Assembly: GCA_977030845.1 (NCBI GenBank)
Contig: OZ365115.1
Span: 2,046,001-2,110,000, forward strand
Direction: 5' to 3'
Source: Fimbriosthenelais zetlandica
Taxonomy: Eukaryota
DNA: 64,000 nucleotides
Positions within the stretch are counted from its first letter, which is position 1, and the number at the start of each line of letters is the position of its first letter. The notes beneath the pieces are model-generated. The model searched no databases. It was not told the DNA's origin and saw nothing but the letters and a program-made list of their open reading frames with translations. Shown piece by piece: positions 1 through 12,650 of this stretch. A program made the position numbers and the translations under genes.

Positions 1-2879
1 TCCACAGTGGCAATAGTCGGGAGTTTATGTTGGCCTCTCTGAAAAGTAAAAAATGAAGTAAATAGGGGAAGATGGGGATCCCGCAACTGTGACCAACCAG
101 CAGACTACCGAAATTAGGCACTTAAATAATCATTGTATATAACATTTCCTTTTTCCGTTTTACTATCAATTGTTTTTCCATCAGTCTCGGAAAACTTTAT
201 TGCCTGGGGAGATCTGGAAAACTGCATTCTCCTGCTGTCTATCTTACCATGCTCCCCTATTGTTTCCAGAGACCTATTAGTCAGAAAAGAACTATAGATG
301 TCAACGATTTTCATTCCAAGACGTCAAGATAAGATTTCGTTGACAACGGAAGTCCCCCCTACACTTCCGCCACCCCGCCCTATCCTCCAGAGCTAGCTAT
401 TGTGAGAGGACGTAAAGCTATCTCGAAAACCGTGAAACCTGCAGGTAACATCAGCATTGTCCTCTAGTACGGCAATCTTGGAGATCTAGCAACCTGCAGT
501 GTAGTCAGTGTTCCTGATAATATCTCCGTCATTTAAATGACGTAATCGATGTGGGTCCGGGGTAGATTAATAGTGAAGTAATGGAGTAAAATATCATTAT
601 ATCTCCATTAAGTTAGATCGGAATCAGCTACGGTGAAGAATGAGGCAGACTAACTGAAGAGAACTCAAGTTAATTTAAGAAGATGGCCAGGAAGATAATT
701 AGTTTGATGAGCAGGGAGGGGAACTCAGCGGAGGGCTGAACACTGCGCCTCACAATGCTGACACTAAGCCTTTGAATTTTTGAGATTAAATGATGTCAAA
801 CGATTACATTCCTGAGGGTTCATTATCGTCAGCTAATTTATATGTGATGTGGGCTATCCTTCAATAAGTTCACCTCCTATTTGAAAAAAAACAAATTGTA
901 CTGTCGTAATGTAGGCCTAGTGCTATTAGATGTGCATAGATCCCAAGTCCAATATCCCATAATAGTCATTGCATTAAAAGACAATCATTTTGGAACGTAC
1001 TGTGAGTTAAAATTGGTAAAGTGGGTTAATTAAATATAGGCCTACTGAATTATCATGGCGATAGGAAATGAGCCCCCACCCCGCCCCATCCCCTATAGAT
1101 ATGTTAACTTCTATGTTCATTCCGAGCTAAGTTATAATTGCTATACCTCATTTACATTTTATTCAGTCTTTAGCTAGGCTTCAACACGCGCCCATATTTT
1201 AGCGGCACGAGATATCTTATTTCCGGTAGCGCTATTATCGCAGCATGCCTGACTCAAAATGGCCACCACCTATTCAGGTCTCAAGGCAGCGATCTCACCA
1301 TGGGAGAGAAGAATGGACCTGAGATAATGATCTGGATGAGATGACTTGTCTATTTAAGGTGATTGTCATTGTGAGGCCTGAATTCCCCCGTCCGTTTCCA
1401 TGGGGACTGCCCTGCTCATTAAGGTAACGCCAGGACTATAGGAAGGATGGGGGTTGCATTGTAACAGCCTACTCGATTAAAACCTCATAAAATGGGCAGA
1501 AAATACTAGTAGCCAGGCCATGTCGAATGTAGAGGAATGGCTAAACCCAGTAGGCCTATAGACCCACATAAGGCATAGGATTTCCGGCAAAACTGCTAAT
1601 TTTTAAAAGGAAAGTTTAATAGTTTGATCAGGAGTCAGGCCTACCGATCAATAAATAGGCATAGAGGACAGTACCGGAAGTAGACGCATGTTTGCTTTTG
1701 CGCAGTCGGGGTACAGGGAGATGTTTAGACCAGAAGAAAGTGATGTCAGAGTAATTGATAGAAAGGTGTCTGTTCCCGCAGTGCTAATAGAATTGTATCA
1801 AATGTGAAAGAATCAAATGATCAGTCCTAATGGTTTCATTCTAACGTTAGCCGACCCCACGCCTAAGCTACAGTAACTGAAGAGCTAGAGAAACGTTATA
1901 ATAATGGATCATAAAATGGATGACAAAAACGACTACAGGATTCAGTTAGTGTTATCCTATTTCAAAACCCTCGTCGGGAAAGATGTTCTTTTTGAAACTG
2001 CTAATAATCAATATCAAATCGCACGAACTTCGATCATTGTCTTTCATTATAAAACAAATTCAAACAAATTATAATACAAATAGCTAAAGCAATGAGAGGA
2101 CTACAATAACCATCCCATGAGAAAGGGAAACGCAAAGGTGTCATGTTTCTTTAGGTTTGAAGACGCTACTCATTACGGCGATCACCACAGGGGGCGCAGT
2201 GGACACCAGGTAAGGTGACCAGGAGGGGAGGAGCAGAACCGGGAACCAGACAGATCTAAAGATGGCGGCGGGTCATCTAATGTAAGAGGAGCAGTGTGGT
2301 CACACCTTCCACGATACGACAAAGATCATGACCAAAGGTTGAAAAATCATCTTAAATGTAACTCCCTGGTCGCACTTTGCCCAGAAGAGACCACTTTTAC
2401 TGACCCCATCCCCCCAACCACTTGTCTACGATTCATATGCCTGTCGTTTCTGTTGCAATGCTGTCTCAGTCCGGTGTTGCGAGTAACATTTGTTAGTCAC
2501 AGCCTCATGACGTTTATCTTGAATATGGTCCACGTACATTTTTTAATGCTCTCCCCTCATATATTCCTCGATACTGGCCTAGTAAAATACCTGAAAGAAA
2601 GAAAGACACTCATTATCCAATCAGAAAGATTCGTTAGTGGCTTGTTTTTGTTGATGAAGACCTCATTAAAACCATATAATATATGGCATATAACATGTGT
2701 ACAATAAAAATGAAACGTTAAATATAGAGCATACTTTACTTACAAGAAATGGCCGCGGTTCACGGACCGTTACAACCACATATAGGTCAGCTGGCAAAGT
2801 TTATATTTTCTTCTGCCTCACATTGAAGTCACAGTATTTTGCATTTAATGGTTGAACATATACGTGAAGGCTTTACGAA

Positions 2880-3240
2880 TATCTTGGTAATTATATCGCT
2901 ATTTCATAAGGTAAGATGCCATCTTTATTCCTAATCATTAATCATTCCTAACTTTAATCTCCCAACTAATCAAGGTGGTGATCCTAAGAACCCTCTGATC
3001 ATCGTTTTTGTAGTGTCATTTTGATTGGTAGAAGAGGCCTTTAATTTTGCATTGCAGATTAGATGGCATTCCCCTAGATTTGGCAACAGGATCTTATATA
3101 ATATTGTATTAAACATATTGCATAATGTTGCAAAGAATTTTGATATAATAATGAATAAATAACATTCAATTTCATGCCTTGTCGTTCTATAATGCAGACT
3201 CTCCTAGAATACTATACCAAGGTAGATCACGTAGCGTACA
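2880..3240 (+). other. Probable 5' non-coding exon end and intron of SULT copy A (donor AAG|GTAAGA at 2910/2911, acceptor GCAG near 3196); paralogous donor near 6335 and acceptor near 6463 for copy B
   Basis: Both copies have CTATTT..AAG|GTAAGAT upstream and TAGAATACTA..CCAA in the 5' UTR of the first coding exon. Confidence 0.5.
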
Positions 3241-4705
3241 ATGGCAGAAGGGACAAAAACATGCGAATATCCTGATGGATTTGAATATGAAGGAAAGCAG
3301 TACGTAGAAGTTTTCCCATTGGATATACTGGAGAAAATAAAATACCAATTTGAACTGCGAGATGATGATGTTCTGATCACGACATATCCCAAATCAGGTA
3401 TAACGTCACTTTCAACCATTTTTCAGTTATATCATGACGGTGCCTACTTGTGACAGTGAGCCCAATGCTCTTTTATAGTGCTGTCTCACTGAGGTTTCAT
3501 GTCGCAGGTACATGACATGATATCTCACCCAGTCACATTATACTGACACCGGGTTGACCAGTCCTAGTACTGTCCTCTTTTTGCTGAGTGCCAAGCGAGG
3601 GAGCCATTAGTAGATACTGCAGCCTACATTGTACCCTTCTTCCTTTAGGCACAAGTTGGTTCATAGAGATAGTGTGGCTACTGATGAATGATGCAGATGT
3701 TGCTAAAGCAAATGAGACACCACAGGAAGCAAGGATTCCTCATATAGAAGCGAAGATACCTGATATGGTGAGTTAAAATCATCAGCTTCATTTTCAAAGC
3801 CCCCTAATCTGAAATGTAGATTCAAGTATAATACATAATTAACCGTAACGTTTCTCTTATTTGTTTACTATAAGAAACCGGAAGTAGAGAAACTTGAAGA
3901 ATGTGATTCACCTCGCATCATCAAGACCCACTTGTCGTTCGACTTCTTCCTGAGAGAGCTGAAACTGAACAAGAAGAAATCCAAGGTCATTCTGGGGGTC
4001 AGGAATCCTAAAGATACTCTCATCTCTTTCTACCATTTCCACAGAATGAATCCATTTCTCGCTGATGAATTTTTCGAATTCAGTGATTTTTATGAAATGT
4101 TTCAAAATAAACGTTTGCTATGTGGTGACTGGTTCGATCACGTACTTGACTACCAGAACAACTGTCATCATTTTGATCATTTCTGGCTGAAGTATGAAGA
4201 CCTGCACAAAGATTTTATGGGTACTATAAAACAACTGGCAGCTTTCCTGGGTAAGGAATTATCAGAGGAAAAGTTACAGGCGATAGCTAAACACGTGGCC
4301 TTTGATACGATGAAGGACAACAAGATGGTGAATAAGACGATATATCCGATCTTCAGAACTGATGTATCACCATTCATGAGAGAAGGGAAAGTGGGAGACT
4401 GGAAGAATCATCTTAGTGAAGAGCAGAGTGAATATATTGACAAGCTGTACACACAGAGAATAGAAGGTACAGGGCTGAACCTGGACTTCGAGTTGACTGA
4501 AACAGAGCAAAGGGAATATGCCACCCCAGAACCACTGCCGCTGGAAGATAACCATCAGGAAGATCACAAGCTGGAAGATTCAAAGTTGGAAGATATAAAA
4601 CTGGAAGATCCTAATTTGGAAGATGCAAAGCTGGAAGATTCGAAGCTGGAAGTTTCAGAGGAGAAGCATTTTGTTGCTTCTGAAACAATTGATACACATT
4701 TGTGA
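3241..4705 (+). CDS. SULT: Cytosolic sulfotransferase (Sulfotransfer_1 family), copy A. Exons 3241-3397, 3649-3767, 3875-4705; 368 aa including an acidic repeat tail
   Basis: The spliced ORF is continuous (157+119+831 nt) with GT..AG introns. 5'-PSB motif TYPKSG|TSW is split by intron 1. Also KTH (catalytic His), 3'-PB motif RNPKDTLIS, LKYEDL and C-terminal REGKVGDWKNH. Exon 1 and 2 lengths are identical to copy B. Confidence 0.95.
3398..3615 (-). mobile_element. 5'-truncated SINE filling most of SULT-A intron 1 (resembles V-domain-type invertebrate SINEs)
   Basis: The reverse complement reads ...CTCGCTTGGCACTCAGC..GGACTGGTCAACCCGGTGTCAGTATAATGTGACTGGGTG..CAGTGAGACAGCACTATAAAAG..CACCGTCATGATATAACTGAAAAATGGTTGAAAGTGACGTTATAC. 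I recognise this as a widespread invertebrate SINE body and tail. It is absent from the orthologous intron of copy B. Confidence 0.7.
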
Positions 4706-6117
4706 TCTGGTACTTTAAGACAAGGGAAGACAAGGTCTAGATGAAAGCGTCCTGATTGGTCAATATTACTGACCACGACCTAATTGTCAGTGCAGTGATT
4801 GGACGACAACAGGCCTGATACAACTAACAGTTAAATGTTATTCAACATCGTAAATGACGTAATCTTAGTGCAATATTATGCCATCATTTACTTTACATTC
4901 TGAAAGGATATATGGAGGATAAATCTATATGATTGTATAGACCTAACTTCTTGGTCAGTTGTATCTATATCTATAACATGTACTAAACCATTAAGGGTAA
5001 TTAAGCATCATTGTCCATGCTATACAGACTATCATGTAGTCATTATATCAACCTGTTCCACAGTAATATGAATCAACCAACCATCATCTTATCACTGAGT
5101 ATAACTCTTAAGCAAACTTGTAACATTATTAACTGCAGGCCCGAGTCCACACTCAAAATCTCACCGATGCCTTGTTGATTTCAAAGCAAGTTACATTCGT
5201 GATAAAATATGTTCTTGGGGCTTTTTGGACTGATGCCAATTAATGCCTTAATGAGTGTTACTTCTGCTATACTGTCCTGAATTACCCGATGTTAACGCAA
5301 GTGTATTCTCTTTCTCAAATGTAAATAGAGATGAATAACCTGTTTAGCCTGGCGGTGCAGGCATACATGACTTGTGTTATATAGGCTGCAGAATAAAATA
5401 CCATATAAATAATCACTGTAACTTAAAATACTTATAAATAAACATCGAGGTTCATCAGAGCATGGAAGTTGTAGATGTTGACTGATGCAACTAGACCAAG
5501 TAGTTCTCATATTTTTCATATGTGAATTAGTTGAGTATACGACCATTAATGTAAAACGTTCTCAGTATTCTTTGGATCTCCTGACAACTCAACTATCGAT
5601 GGTTGTGATTTTGCTGCGGCTGAATTTTCTATGACCTCTATTCTCTGCCTACCACACAACTCATAAATACCATATATTTCAAATTCAGAATTTCAAAAAT
5701 TACTACAATAATAAATCAATAATTCACTGCTTAAATAAGTAGTATAGATGTATAGAATGCAATGAGCCTGTTTGATAACCATGGGCTAAATCATTATCTT
5801 AAAACAGGTTCAAGATCTCCCAACACATTATCATTCTAGGTGTTGCCAATGATTGCCTGAGTGCACAGAGAAATCACTCGTAATGCACAGTAATTATTAT
5901 ACCCTCAGATGTAGCCAATGCCAAGGTAGCCCTTAACATAACAATCACCCATCAAATGGTGAGAAACCTGCTATAGTACACAAATGGATATAAATGAGTC
6001 AGACCAAGATAGACCTTACAAAATAACAAAAGTATTCATTTGAAAGAGGCTCCAGGTTGAGAAAAAGATCAAATAAAATATGCAACATAATAGCTAGTTG
6101 TTATTTGTGACAGGAAT

Positions 6118-6174
6118 ATCATTTAGGGTGTAATATCATCATTTAGGGTGTAATATCATCATTTAGGGTGTAAT
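6118..6174. repeat. 20-bp tandem repeat x3
   Basis: ATCATTTAGGGTGTAATATC repeated. Confidence 0.9.
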
Positions 6175-6523
6175 GATTGTGTTGTAAACATCATCAGGGC
6201 ATGGAAGTTAAGATAATTGGGAGAGTTAGCAGTGATTTTCATTCTTCTTCTCACATTAGAGGTATTCATGATAGGTGCTTCACATATATATACATAGAAC
6301 TCCAAGGATTTATCATCAATTCTCCTCTATTTAAGGTAAGATATAAAGTTTAAATGATAACATTTTGAGTAATTCTGCTTCTGTCCTAGGCAAACATTTC
6401 ATGTGTCACTTCAAGAATCTATGTATAATTCTAAAGTAAGAATATATATTTCTATTTTCTCAGTCTGGAAATCTAAAGGAGTCTCACAATAATTAGAATA
6501 CTACCCAATTGAGGAGACTCACA

Positions 6524-7685
6524 ATGGCAGAAGCGAAAAAAAGATATGAATATCCAAATTCATACGAATATGATGGAATATGCTATGTCGGGGACATTCC
6601 TCTGGAAGTCTTGGAGAAAGTTAAATACCAGTTTGAACTTCGAGACGACGACGTCCTTGTCATCACATATCCCAAATCAGGTACGATTTACATTAATAAG
6701 TTCAAAATCGGTTCAGATAATCTGGCCAAGGGACACCAACTTCGGTTGATCCACACAGAATCTGACACAGATGTTATCTCCAATCTCTTTCCAGGCACAA
6801 GTTGGTTCATCGAGATAGTGTGGCTACTGATGAATGATGCAGATGTTGATGCAGCCAGAAAGGCTTCTCAAGAAGCGAGAATTCCTACTCTAGAAGTTGT
6901 CCTACCCAATCTGGTAAGTAACGCATAGCACGATGATATTAATTGCAGCATTTTCTGGTTATATAATACGATAAAACCCCAAGCTTTCGGTATTTAATTT
7001 CCCGTGGCAAAATTGTTACAATTCTGTTCTTCTCTGTTAGAACAAACATGGCATAGGGACGCTAGAGGAATGTGACTCACCACGCGTCATGAGAACCCAC
7101 CTCAGGTCTGACTTCTTCCTGAGAGAACTCAAACTGAACAAGAAGAAAACAAAGGTCATCCTGGGGGTCAGGAATCCTAAAGATGTCCTAGTTTCCTTCT
7201 ATCACTTCCACAGAATGTATCCAGGGCTTGGAAACATGACTAAACCATTCAGTGATTTTTTCAAAATGTTTGAAGACAAACGTTTAGTGTATGGGGACTG
7301 GTTCGATCACGTACTTGACTACCAGAACAACTGTCATCATTTTGATCATTTCTGGTTGAAGTATGAAGACCTGCACAAAGATTTTATGGGTACTATAAAA
7401 CAACTGGCAGCTTTCCTGGGTAAGGAATTATCAGAGGAAAAGTTACAGGCGATAGCTAAACACGTGGCCTTTGATACGATGAAGGACAACAAGATGGTGA
7501 ATAAGACGATATATCCGATATTTAGGAATGACATCTCACCATATATTAGGAAGGGGAAGGTGGGAGACTGGAGGAACCATCTCAGTGAAGAGCAGAGTGA
7601 ATATATTGACAAGCTGTACAAAGAGAGGATTGAAGGTACAGGACTGAACCTGGACTTCCAGTTGACTGAGACAGAACAGGAATAA
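6524..7685 (+). CDS. SULT: Cytosolic sulfotransferase, copy B. Exons 6524-6680, 6795-6913, 7041-7685; 306 aa
   Basis: Spliced ORF of 157+119+645 nt with GT..AG introns. Motifs TYPKSG|TSW, RTHL, RNPKDVLVS, LKYEDL, RKGKVGDWRNH; ends TETEQE-TAA. Confidence 0.95.
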
Positions 7686-8497
7686 CTTCCACAAGAATAA
7701 TTGTGACCATTGATTTCCAAAAGGATGTCCTTGCTATACTGATTAGTTATTCAGACAGAAAATGATCAATACAAATTCTTTAAATATAGGAAGGAGTTTT
7801 TTTGCTAAGATTTATGTTCAAGGCACATTAAAGAGGACCAGTAATCTCTCTGTCTGTATTCCATTGTTTCCCTGGAGTTTAATTCAATAATAATTCCTGG
7901 GAATTTCTCTCATGAGTTTATGAAAATATGAATGGCATTTCACACATGAATCACCTTGTCAATTGGGCAGGGAAACGAAATATAACAATAGAAGCTTCTG
8001 TGAGAAAAAAAATGCTTCCTGAGGTTTCTATATAAATGGTGAGCCCACTGGCCAATCTGGCCAATCATCGCCCTTCCAGTGACTGGCCCATCCAAAAAGT
8101 GTTTGCTCATTCTGAATCGGGTAAATTTGCCATGGTAACTGGCTGCCATTCTATTATGTTTTTCCGGTTATTAAGCCTTAGGTTCCTTGAGATGGCAGGA
8201 GGGCAGACTGTATGGCAGGGCAATGAGAAATAGTATGGAAGGCGAAATGTTTACATGGACATTTTACCAGGCATTTTCCACAAGAGATATGTGGGCTCAA
8301 AATGAATATTATCCATATTACTCTAGAATGGGCACAGTAGATTTCTATTGGCTTAACTTTGCTTATATTCCTTTTGAAACAGGCGCCTAATTCACTTGTT
8401 TAACTGCTTGATACTCGCATGAAAGTCACATGTATTACATTGTTGTCTTCACCTGACCTGGGGCCCGTTTCAGCGCAAAAAAAATCCCATAGACTAA

Positions 8498-8739
8498 AGC
8501 CCGACATCCACCAGCCCGTTTACATCCCGATTTTGCGATCTTAAGCGATCACAGGCGATCGGGACCACCAAAAAAGATCCGTTCTGATGATCGGGCTGGT
8601 GGATGCCAAAATCTTGGGATCGGCGCCGATTTTTCAATAGCAAATCAATAGAGAAAGGATCCGAAACGACTTTATTTTCATCTTTGCCGATCACAAAAAT
8701 CGATGCCCTCAAATTAGATCGTACAGTGGATGTCGGGCT
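8498..8739. mobile_element. MITE, PIF/Harbinger-like
   Basis: TIR AGCCCGACATCCAC / GTGGATGTCGGGCT flanked by TAA and TTA; internal GATC-rich subrepeats. Confidence 0.7.
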
Positions 8740-10453
8740 TTAGCTAGGTTTCTTTTCAAAACCGATGACTTGGGACTAATTTACCTGAAATGCATCACAT
8801 ATGACGTGCCATAAACAATGTCAAGACCTGACGTTTTTCAACACTTCCCTAACCCACGTGACCTCACGTGACACGAGACTAGATGAAGTAACTGCTGCAC
8901 GTCACTCGAGATGGCGCTTCATTCGCTTTCACTGGCAGCCAATCATTTCCCCCCAATCAATTTTCTGCCCCGATCTAAAGGTATAATGAAATGCCCACCG
9001 GGGGTCGCCCCCTGCAGCGTCATGGTTGCTAAGACAACTCCAAAATCTCGGCCAGCACAGGTGCGCGATCTAAATAAAGTGGACAAGTAAATCGATCCCA
9101 TAATAGTCCTGTCCCTGCTTCAGGTTTAATTCGACACAGTTCTTAAACAGTAACAAAATAGACCACTTATTAAGCAAAGTACAATAAAATCTACGATAGT
9201 TATTTCTAACTTAATTAAAATTCAAACTGAACAGTAAATCTTTCCTACATATTAACTGTTATCATTTTAATATACTTTGAATAGGTGGTTAAGCCAAAGA
9301 TGTGATGGTAACAAATCCTCATAGACCCATAGGGAAGTTCAGAATTTTTGTTTTACGGTCGGCTTAAGATCGATCAGTGATCAGTTTATTAAGGCAACTG
9401 GAAGACATTATACCCTGCAGCCTAAACTTACGCCAAACGTTTTCAAACAGATTTCACCAACTTCCTGTAAAAAAAAGTTAGTATCCTATGTTGCAAGATG
9501 CTGTGGGGGTAATACCTTTGTTATTTCGGTTATAAGCCTATCAGAATGCTTCCACGCCACCTATAGTTTACTTTTAGAACCGTTAGCCAGGTTTTGTTAA
9601 TTTGTACACAGGTGTCATGGGTCAGGGGTCATCGCGCATGCGTGATCTGCCAACGGTAAACCAATATCTTAAATCTCTCCTCACCCTAGTCTCACGAGAT
9701 CTCGCTCTGTCTCGTGCTGGCGAGACGCACTCGCGCGTGAAACAACGAGAGCTGCCAGCCTCTGACACGTGAACAATGGAGTCAGTTAAGGCGTCACTAT
9801 ACTAAATAAAATATGAAAATAAATGTCATCTAAGATGGTCGGGAATGGAGTTAAGAAAAGCTTGTAAATCTGTGAGAATAGTAGCGTGCCACCTGAACCT
9901 CTAATTATTAGAGGCTAAATGGACTGACAGTTGACGCTAGACTGGGTTTATCATTGTGTGAGTCAAAAAAGAACAAATATTGAGCGTCTTTTTTGTTGAC
10001 AAGGAAAATATTGCAGGAAATGAAATGATCCCCAACTCTATGGTATCCTAAGCATTGACAATTCTGCACATTATCAGTCCAGGACTAGAAATCATCGAAA
10101 TAATCGATTGTCGAGATTTTAAAGGCCTAAGCCACAGACAGGAAACAGTAAAAGCAAAATATAGTTTAAAAAACACACCATTCTTTCACACTTGTTTTTA
10201 AATACTATAAAGTTAAAATCTGTAAACTATTTTGTTACTTTTCTGTAATGACGTTCTCAGATTTGTTTATAATTTTACACACAAATAGACCAGCTAAGGT
10301 CTAACACACATTTGTCGGTTTCTACATCATTCTCTCTGAAGCCCCAATTATTTATCAGTCAATATTTAAACAGCCTCCGCTTTCAGTAAAATTAAACATG
10401 TCTTTACAGTACAAGAGGGTAAACAAATATGTATTTTACCTCCCACTTATTAA

Positions 10454-10764
10454 CCCTCTTGCCACCCCTACACACTTTAAACCCCACCTTAACCCTTCTT
10501 TGCTCATCATCCCTATTGTTAACCCTCTCACCCAACATCCCACCGATAATTAATTGGATCTGGGGATATGTCCACGACCACATAATAGGTGAGGATTCTT
10601 TGAAGCCTGGGGATGAAAAAAATTAACCGACCCTCAGGTCCCTACTCGTGAACGCTGGGTTATTAATTACATGTCCTTAATTAGTGGTGCTCCTAATTAG
10701 AGGTATATTACTATTGTTCTCCTGAACAATTCTAACAACGATGTGATGGTCTAGAGTAAGAGGG
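10454..10764. mobile_element. Possible piggyBac-like MITE
   Basis: TTAA-CCCTCTT...AAGAGGG-TTAA; TIR only 7 bp. Confidence 0.35.
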
Positions 10765-12439
10765 TTAAGTACACGTGTATGCGATGCCTTTATATCACGT
10801 TATAAAAGGGTTAAATGTAAACGTTAAGTGGCTTTAGGTCAGAAAAACGTTAATATTTAGCCAAACGTTGTGCTTTAATGCCTCGTAAACAAAGTGTTGA
10901 TAAAATATTGTACAGAAACATAGACAAGTGAATTATATAACGATAATTAATAGAAAATTGTCAACTGTACTGGTAAACGCAAACATTTTAACTTTTAATT
11001 AACTGGGTAACACGGCCAGGTAATTCCCCTTGTCATATATTATTGCGTGCATTGTTAAGTCACTTGGGAAATAGGCCTATATATACATTTTTATAATAGA
11101 ATAAATCACTCCGGGCCAGGCAGCTTCCCGATGTCTTTGAATTTATTCCAATATAATTATTTCGCCCTTTGGTTGGGCTTCTTAAAAGATACACCATTTA
11201 TATTAGTTTTATATTGACAGTCATATGAAGACAGAATGAATGCATAAATTATTAAACAGATGCCAAATTGAGAAGAATGTTGGTCTATATGCAGGTTTTT
11301 TCCCAAGCACCGATGCACTCTATTTGAGTTAATATGTTGTATTTTAAATCATTATGTTTAAATCACCATTTGACAAACCAATGCCCGCTGGTGGTATTAA
11401 TGGTTAGATTGAGAAATACAACCCTGGTGTCTATTCTCAGAACCTCTCCCCCCAGGCGCCCCCTAACGCCAAGAATAAAAGCATCTTGTTGGGGGGGCAG
11501 ATCTATCACCAAACAATGGATGGAGCTGAGTCACTTTAATTGAAAAAAAAGTTTGAGAAAAATGTAAAAGGCCTATCTCAAGATGGCTGCTTATGTTCTA
11601 ATAAAAAATTATAAAGTTTGTAATCCGGATCTTTAGCTATTGAGTTTGATGCCATGGGCCACATGCATGCCTTCCTATCTACCTGAATATGGATAATATT
11701 ATAATGACATGAAATTATTGCTTTTCTGTGATTTTTTTTTATCTGTAAAGCAAAGGATGTATTAAAAACGTATTTGATAACCAGAAAAAAACAGAGGAGA
11801 CACGACTACTCTGTGTATTTCCAGCCTTATCTCACGACACTTCATGCACCCACTAATTCCAGCCTGAAGGTATGGACATCTTCCTTCATTATCGCCCATC
11901 TATTTTTCATTGATCCCCGCTAGGGGGATAGAGTGGAGTAACGACGGTTAGGCATGGCGTGTATAATATGTAATATATCACACATAATACCCGGGGGGTA
12001 GATTCCCCAGTCACACGGGCGTGAACTGGACGCTAGGGAACTCACGCATGACGTCACAGGGGCACGAGAACAGGCGAGACTGCTCGCGACCCTGGTGGGA
12101 GGTGTCCGTGGAAACGACGTGCACCATGGCAACCATAATAGATATGATTTGGGGGAAATTATCGTCAATTTGATAAATTTTAGGCAGTTACTGCTGGTGA
12201 CGCCTTGGGATGGGACATGACAACATCTGTTCTTCACTTACAATTCTCTTTTGTTTACTCGTCTGAGAACGAGATCTTTATTTGAAAGTTAGCCTAGGCC
12301 TATCATTTTTGTGAGTAGAACAGCAGGAATATTGGTACGTTTTGATAGAAGTTTCATTTAAATTAAAACCATTTCCCAAAGAGAGCAAATTATTAAGCCT
12401 TTTCCTGCTCTCCAAATAGGCCTATAAATTTCCTCTCCC

Positions 12440-12650
12440 CACTCCTCTGTCTCCATCCCTCTCCATCTCGCCCTCTCTTTCTGTCTGTCTCTCTCTCCCT
12501 CTCATCTTTCTCCCTCATCCCTCCCTCACCCACGTTTCCCTCTATCTACCTCTCACTCCCGGCCTCTCTCTCTCTCTCCCTCTGCCACCCTCTATCTCCC
12601 TCTGCCACCCTCTATCGCCCTCTGCCACCCTCTATCTCCCGGTATCCCTC
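12440..12650. repeat. CT-rich tract including a 20-bp tandem repeat x3 (TCTCCCTCTGCCACCCTCTA)
   Basis: Direct reading of the sequence. Confidence 0.85.

Noticed and set aside
1690-1740. GCTTTTGCGCAGT similarity to the U4 snRNA 5' end
   Set aside because: The match breaks after about 12 nt, with no Sm site or further similarity.
6681-6794. Stop-free, in-frame 114-nt intron 1 of SULT-B (ORF 6509-6928 reads through it)
   Set aside because: Retention would insert 38 aa into the PAPS-binding loop. The splice sites are good and the intron position matches copy A, so the open frame is most likely chance.
4177-7720. Minus-strand ORFs antisense to the SULT exons
   Set aside because: Shadow frames of real coding sequence; duplicated only because the SULT genes are duplicated.
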